64,000 nt of DNA from an uncultured bacterium (lineage in GTDB: Bacteria > Patescibacteriota > Patescibacteriia > CAIQCM01), in contig OY970181.1 of NCBI GenBank assembly GCA_963708045.1, forward strand, positions 579,740 to 643,739. The letters run 5' to 3'. Each line of letters starts with the position of its first letter. The stretch's first letter is position 1. The position numbers and the translations under genes are program-made. Of this stretch, positions 61,003 to 64,000 are shown one piece after another. Below the pieces are notes generated by a model that was given only the letters and a program-made list of their open reading frames with translations, had not been told where the DNA came from and did no database searches.

Positions 61003-61872
61003 CTAAAAGCCTTTGCATGCGCTGTACTCTGCGTCACAGCTATTCCAACACGCATATTTGCGGTCGGCGTTTGCTTGAATGCCGTAAGTTGGCGCGTCGC
61101 ACGCCCGGCGACAATTTATTTTTTTAATAGAGCAGTCGGCGGAACTGCGCCCTCCGCTATTTCCAAACGACGGCGTTGGGGTGCTGGAAAAATCAAACGG
61201 TGTCGGCGCAGAAGGTACGAACATTGGCGCAGAAGGTACGAACATCGGAGGGGGTGGCAGAAAGTCAAATCCGCCATATGCAGGAAGCGATGGAAAAGTG
61301 GGTGCGATTGGCGGGGCGACATAGGTTGGTTGGGGTCGGTATGTGCTCTTTGGTGGGATGACCGAACTAGATGTCTTAACCAAAGAGATTGTGCCACTGC
61401 CGGCAAATGTCGGTTGGGGCGGGGGCATTGGCACGCCCATGATGGCGCCGAGATTTGCGGAGATATCGCTCGTCATAAGAGACTGCAGTTGGTACGAACC
61501 ACTGGCTGATTTGCTTCCGCGAGGAAGGTTGATCGTGTAATAGGTGGTCGTTTTTATGAAAGCGTCGGTCGGGCTTGGTGGCGGCGCGCTCGCAACATAC
61601 AGCACGCCTTCTTTGTACGACACGCCAACGATGAGGTTGAACCCGCTAATTATTGACCCGCTTTGACAGCTGAGGTAGGACTCAACGGTCACCTGGTTTG
61701 CCGTTTCTTTGATTATCCAAAACGGCGAATTGCCAAGTTGGGCATTTGTCATGGTTTCGGGGTCAATGCCAGTTCTGGTAATCTGCCATGTTCCGGTGAT
61801 GGTTTGGGCTTGGGCCGAGTAGCAGAAACACGCGGCCAGCAGCAATAAGGCGGGGACGATTAACTTCTTCAC
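61003..61872 (-). CDS. Secreted proline-rich protein, probable lipoprotein, with Cys-rich C-terminal module
   Basis: The signal peptide has a lipobox-like LAAC (MKKLIVPALLLLAACFCYS). The central segment is Pro-rich (PPPSPTD, PMPPPQPTF, tandem PMFVPSAP x2). The C-terminus has 8 Cys (CSIKKINCRRACD...YACWNSCDAEYSAC). GC content is higher than the surrounding sequence. Confidence 0.6.
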   Translation of the reverse strand: MKKLIVPALLLLAACFCYSAQAQTITGTWQITRTGIDPETMTNAQLGNSPFWIIKETANQVTVESYLSCQSGSIISGFNLIVGVSYKEGVLYVASAPPPSPTDAFIKTTTYYTINLPRGSKSASGSYQLQSLMTSDISANLGAIMGVPMPPPQPTFAGSGTISLVKTSSSVIPPKSTYRPQPTYVAPPIAPTFPSLPAYGGFDFLPPPPMFVPSAPMFVPSAPTPFDFSSTPTPSFGNSGGRSSADCSIKKINCRRACDAPTYGIQANADRKYACWNSCDAEYSACKGF

Positions 61873-62087
61873 GAGGTGCTCCTTTTCTGGGTTTTTTACG
61901 GCAGTAGGCCGTTTGTCAAACTACAAAACTTTACATCCTTTGCATAACAATATAATCAGGCGTTCGTATTTTGTCAATCATCGCGCGCACTGCATAATGG
62001 ATAAGAGAAAATTATAAAAGCGCCGTTTTGTGGCGGCGCCTTTTGGGTTGTGCGAGGACGTCGTTTGTAAATGGCGTCCTCCGGCGT

Positions 62088-62477
62088 TCAGTTGCCTACT
62101 TCGGTGACGAATTGCCAGACGGATGATTTGTTCCACCAATGAGACAGTAGCAAGCGAAACATATGCGGACTGCGACGTTTGAGTAGCGCGATATCTGTTT
62201 GTGGCATCTCGTTCCATGCCCAGTCAATTGTCTTCAACACTTCTTGTTTTGGAATGAGCGCAGGGTCAATGGCAGCTGGTTGCTTTGCGCGATAGTGCAA
62301 GGCAAGAATAATGGCGATGCGCACCGTTTCGGCAGGTTTACCCGGGCTTAGCGCGTCGTGGCGATTTTCGCCGAACGAATTTTCTCTAACAAACGCGCTT
62401 AACTGGTATTGAATGCGCTTTAAGAGAGTGGTGTTGATTGTGTGATTTGATTTTGTTTTTTTGGGTTTGCGTTGCAT
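62088..62477 (-). CDS. Hypothetical protein with basic N-terminus
   Basis: 129-aa ORF (MQRKPKKTKSNHT...) in the same GC-richer segment. No recognisable domain. Confidence 0.35.
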   Translation of the reverse strand: MQRKPKKTKSNHTINTTLLKRIQYQLSAFVRENSFGENRHDALSPGKPAETVRIAIILALHYRAKQPAAIDPALIPKQEVLKTIDWAWNEMPQTDIALLKRRSPHMFRLLLSHWWNKSSVWQFVTEVGN

Positions 62478-62693
62478 TTTTCCCCCCTGTCTAAGGCTCG
62501 TTGCGAAATTCTGGGTTGTGGTCTTGTCTAAATGTTCTTTACTAGCTATTTAATACATTGTCAATGGCCCCAATCTCTCACTCTCATATTTATCATTTTA
62601 CCCACACATATACTTCCGTAAAAGCAGAAAAAGTCATATACTAGATAACTGGTTTTGTTATAAAATTTGCTAAGTTGCGCTTAGGCGTCGTCT

Positions 62694-64000
62694 ATGTTGC
62701 TTACTAAAAAAATAAAAAAGTCTTTTCCTGCCATAAAAGCCGGTCGGCTTGTTTCAAACAATGCCGCGAGCACTCAAGTGCCGGTTCAATTACTAGATCT
62801 GCTCAAAAAGTTGGTCGTGCAGTATGACAATGTTCATCGCGGCCAATCGCGGTCTTCACTTTTAACAACGCACGAGTTTGAAGCTTCTTACGACACAATT
62901 GCACAGTTTATCGGCGCCTTGTCGCGAAAAAATATTGTCTTATATCGTAATACGAGCGAGGCAATAAATTCGGTAATGTACTCGCTTCTTACCGAATTTA
63001 AAGACGGCGACAATGTCGTTACTACTTTTATGGAACATAATTCCAATTATGTTCCGTGGTACGGCCTTTGTCGTGAAATTTTGCCAAAGTTTGGAATAAA
63101 GGTTGAATATCGGCTGGTTAAATACGACAAAAAAACCGGCGAACTGGATTTGGATCATTTGCGATCGCTTGTGGACAACAAAACGAAACTTGTTTGCTGT
63201 TCCGGTGCTTCCAATTTTTTGGGCACGATCAATCCGATTAAAAAAGTAAAAGAAATCGCCGACCAAAGCGGCTATGTCCAGCCAGACGGTGAAACTAGGT
63301 CTTACTTATTGATTGACGGCGCTCAGCTTGTTCCAAACGTATTTATTGATGTAGAAGATTTGGGGATTGATTTTCTCGCGTGGTCTTTTCATAAAATGCT
63401 TTCGCCTTTTGGCGTTGGTGCTTTATATGCAAAAGAAAATTTACTCACGCGACTCAGGCCGTTTCTCTATGGCGGCGATATGATTGCCGAGGGTAAAGTT
63501 AGTCCAGAAAAAGTTGAATATAATTCTTTGCCGTGGAAATTTGCGGCCGGCACGCCAAATATATTGGGCACGATTTTATCGGCGCAAGCTCTTCGTTTAA
63601 TGATTGACTTTGCGCTTAATCCGGGAAAGCGCAAATATTTTTCTACCAACGACAAACTTAACCGCGCCGACGTAAAGCAGGCGATGGAAAATATTCACTT
63701 GCACGAACAGACTTTGGTCGCAGAAGCTTTAAAAATTTTGGGAGAAATCCCAACGCTCACAATTTATGGGCCAAAGGATCCCGCCAAAAGAACCTGCCTT
63801 GTGGCTTTTAATGATAAAAATAAAAATCCGCTTACTTTAGCCGAAGAGTTGAGTCGTCGGGGGGTTGAGTCGCGCGGCGGCTGTCATTGCGCCACCTTGG
63901 CACACCACTTTGAAGGACTTAATCCGCCGGCTAGCTGCCGTCTTAGTTTTTATATTTATAATGATATTAATGACGTGCAAAAGGCTTGCCGCGTTGTTAA
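62694..64000 (+). CDS. sufS: Cysteine desulfurase (class V aminotransferase, SufS/NifS-like). The gene is 3'-truncated by the window end.
   Basis: The open frame from ATG 62694 runs to the window end. The PLP-lysine motif is SFHKMLSPFGVGALY and the active-site Cys loop is RGGCHCATLAHH. It is not in the ORF track because no stop codon falls within the window. Confidence 0.8.
   Translation, partial: MLLTKKIKKSFPAIKAGRLVSNNAASTQVPVQLLDLLKKLVVQYDNVHRGQSRSSLLTTHEFEASYDTIAQFIGALSRKNIVLYRNTSEAINSVMYSLLTEFKDGDNVVTTFMEHNSNYVPWYGLCREILPKFGIKVEYRLVKYDKKTGELDLDHLRSLVDNKTKLVCCSGASNFLGTINPIKKVKEIADQSGYVQPDGETRSYLLIDGAQLVPNVFIDVEDLGIDFLAWSFHKMLSPFGVGALYAKENLLTRLRPFLYGGDMIAEGKVSPEKVEYNSLPWKFAAGTPNILGTILSAQALRLMIDFALNPGKRKYFSTNDKLNRADVKQAMENIHLHEQTLVAEALKILGEIPTLTIYGPKDPAKRTCLVAFNDKNKNPLTLAEELSRRGVESRGGCHCATLAHHFEGLNPPASCRLSFYIYNDINDVQKACRVV

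Overview
The window is a 64-kb accessory-rich chromosomal region that looks like a small-genome, CPR/Patescibacteria-type bacterium; this assignment is inferred from gene content and not confirmed. Supporting features are an ECF sigma factor with a DUF5667-like partner, a four-helix-bundle 'IVS' protein, giant secreted proteins, few canonical SD sites, and many hypotheticals with compact housekeeping islands. The 5' end (1-5.1 kb) encodes a partial GT4 glycosyltransferase, a TM-anchored repeat surface protein, a GH-like/FG-GAP protein and an Xis-type HTH protein. An ECF sigma / DUF5667-like pair (5.5-7.2 kb) is bracketed by three copies of a ~90-nt palindromic MITE/REP-like element. The main accessory block (7.5-23.5 kb) holds five very large secreted proteins. 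Four of them share a ~110-aa module I do not recognise (N-terminal in one, C-terminal in three). The fifth carries about 11 tandem 93-94-aa Cys-containing repeats with a 4-unit higher-order periodicity and an SbsA-like Ig domain. This block is interrupted by a DUF559 (Vsr-like endonuclease) cassette flanked by direct GC-rich hairpin repeats, and by a duplicated 83-nt structured intergenic repeat. Two of the giant genes share a near-identical promoter/leader. Downstream lie a GH-like / RDD / TM0106-type RecB-like nuclease / C39-like peptidase operon, an apparently orphan purF, and a UvrD-family helicase. A block of small and large uncharacterised proteins (33.3-38.6 kb) includes a 922-aa coiled-coil membrane protein and a Cas4-like PD-(D/E)xK nuclease. 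rplJ-rplL follow, with an apparent sigma70 promoter and an L10-leader-like 5'UTR. After that come a processive GT2 synthase with a large extracytoplasmic partner, mreB, a transglutaminase-like protein, GT4, a cohesin-domain surface protein, holB, a BNR beta-propeller, frr, and glyQS preceded by two nested 29-bp perfect inverted repeats. An M16 peptidase, tpiA and a TPR protein complete that housekeeping run. A tRNA cluster (Thr-Tyr-Thr, then Trp) with rpmG carries a ~490-bp inserted element encoding a four-helix-bundle protein between rpmG and tRNA-Trp. The window ends with a GC-richer islet (proline-rich lipoprotein plus a hypothetical) and a partial sufS-like cysteine desulfurase. No rRNA gene and no CRISPR array were seen.
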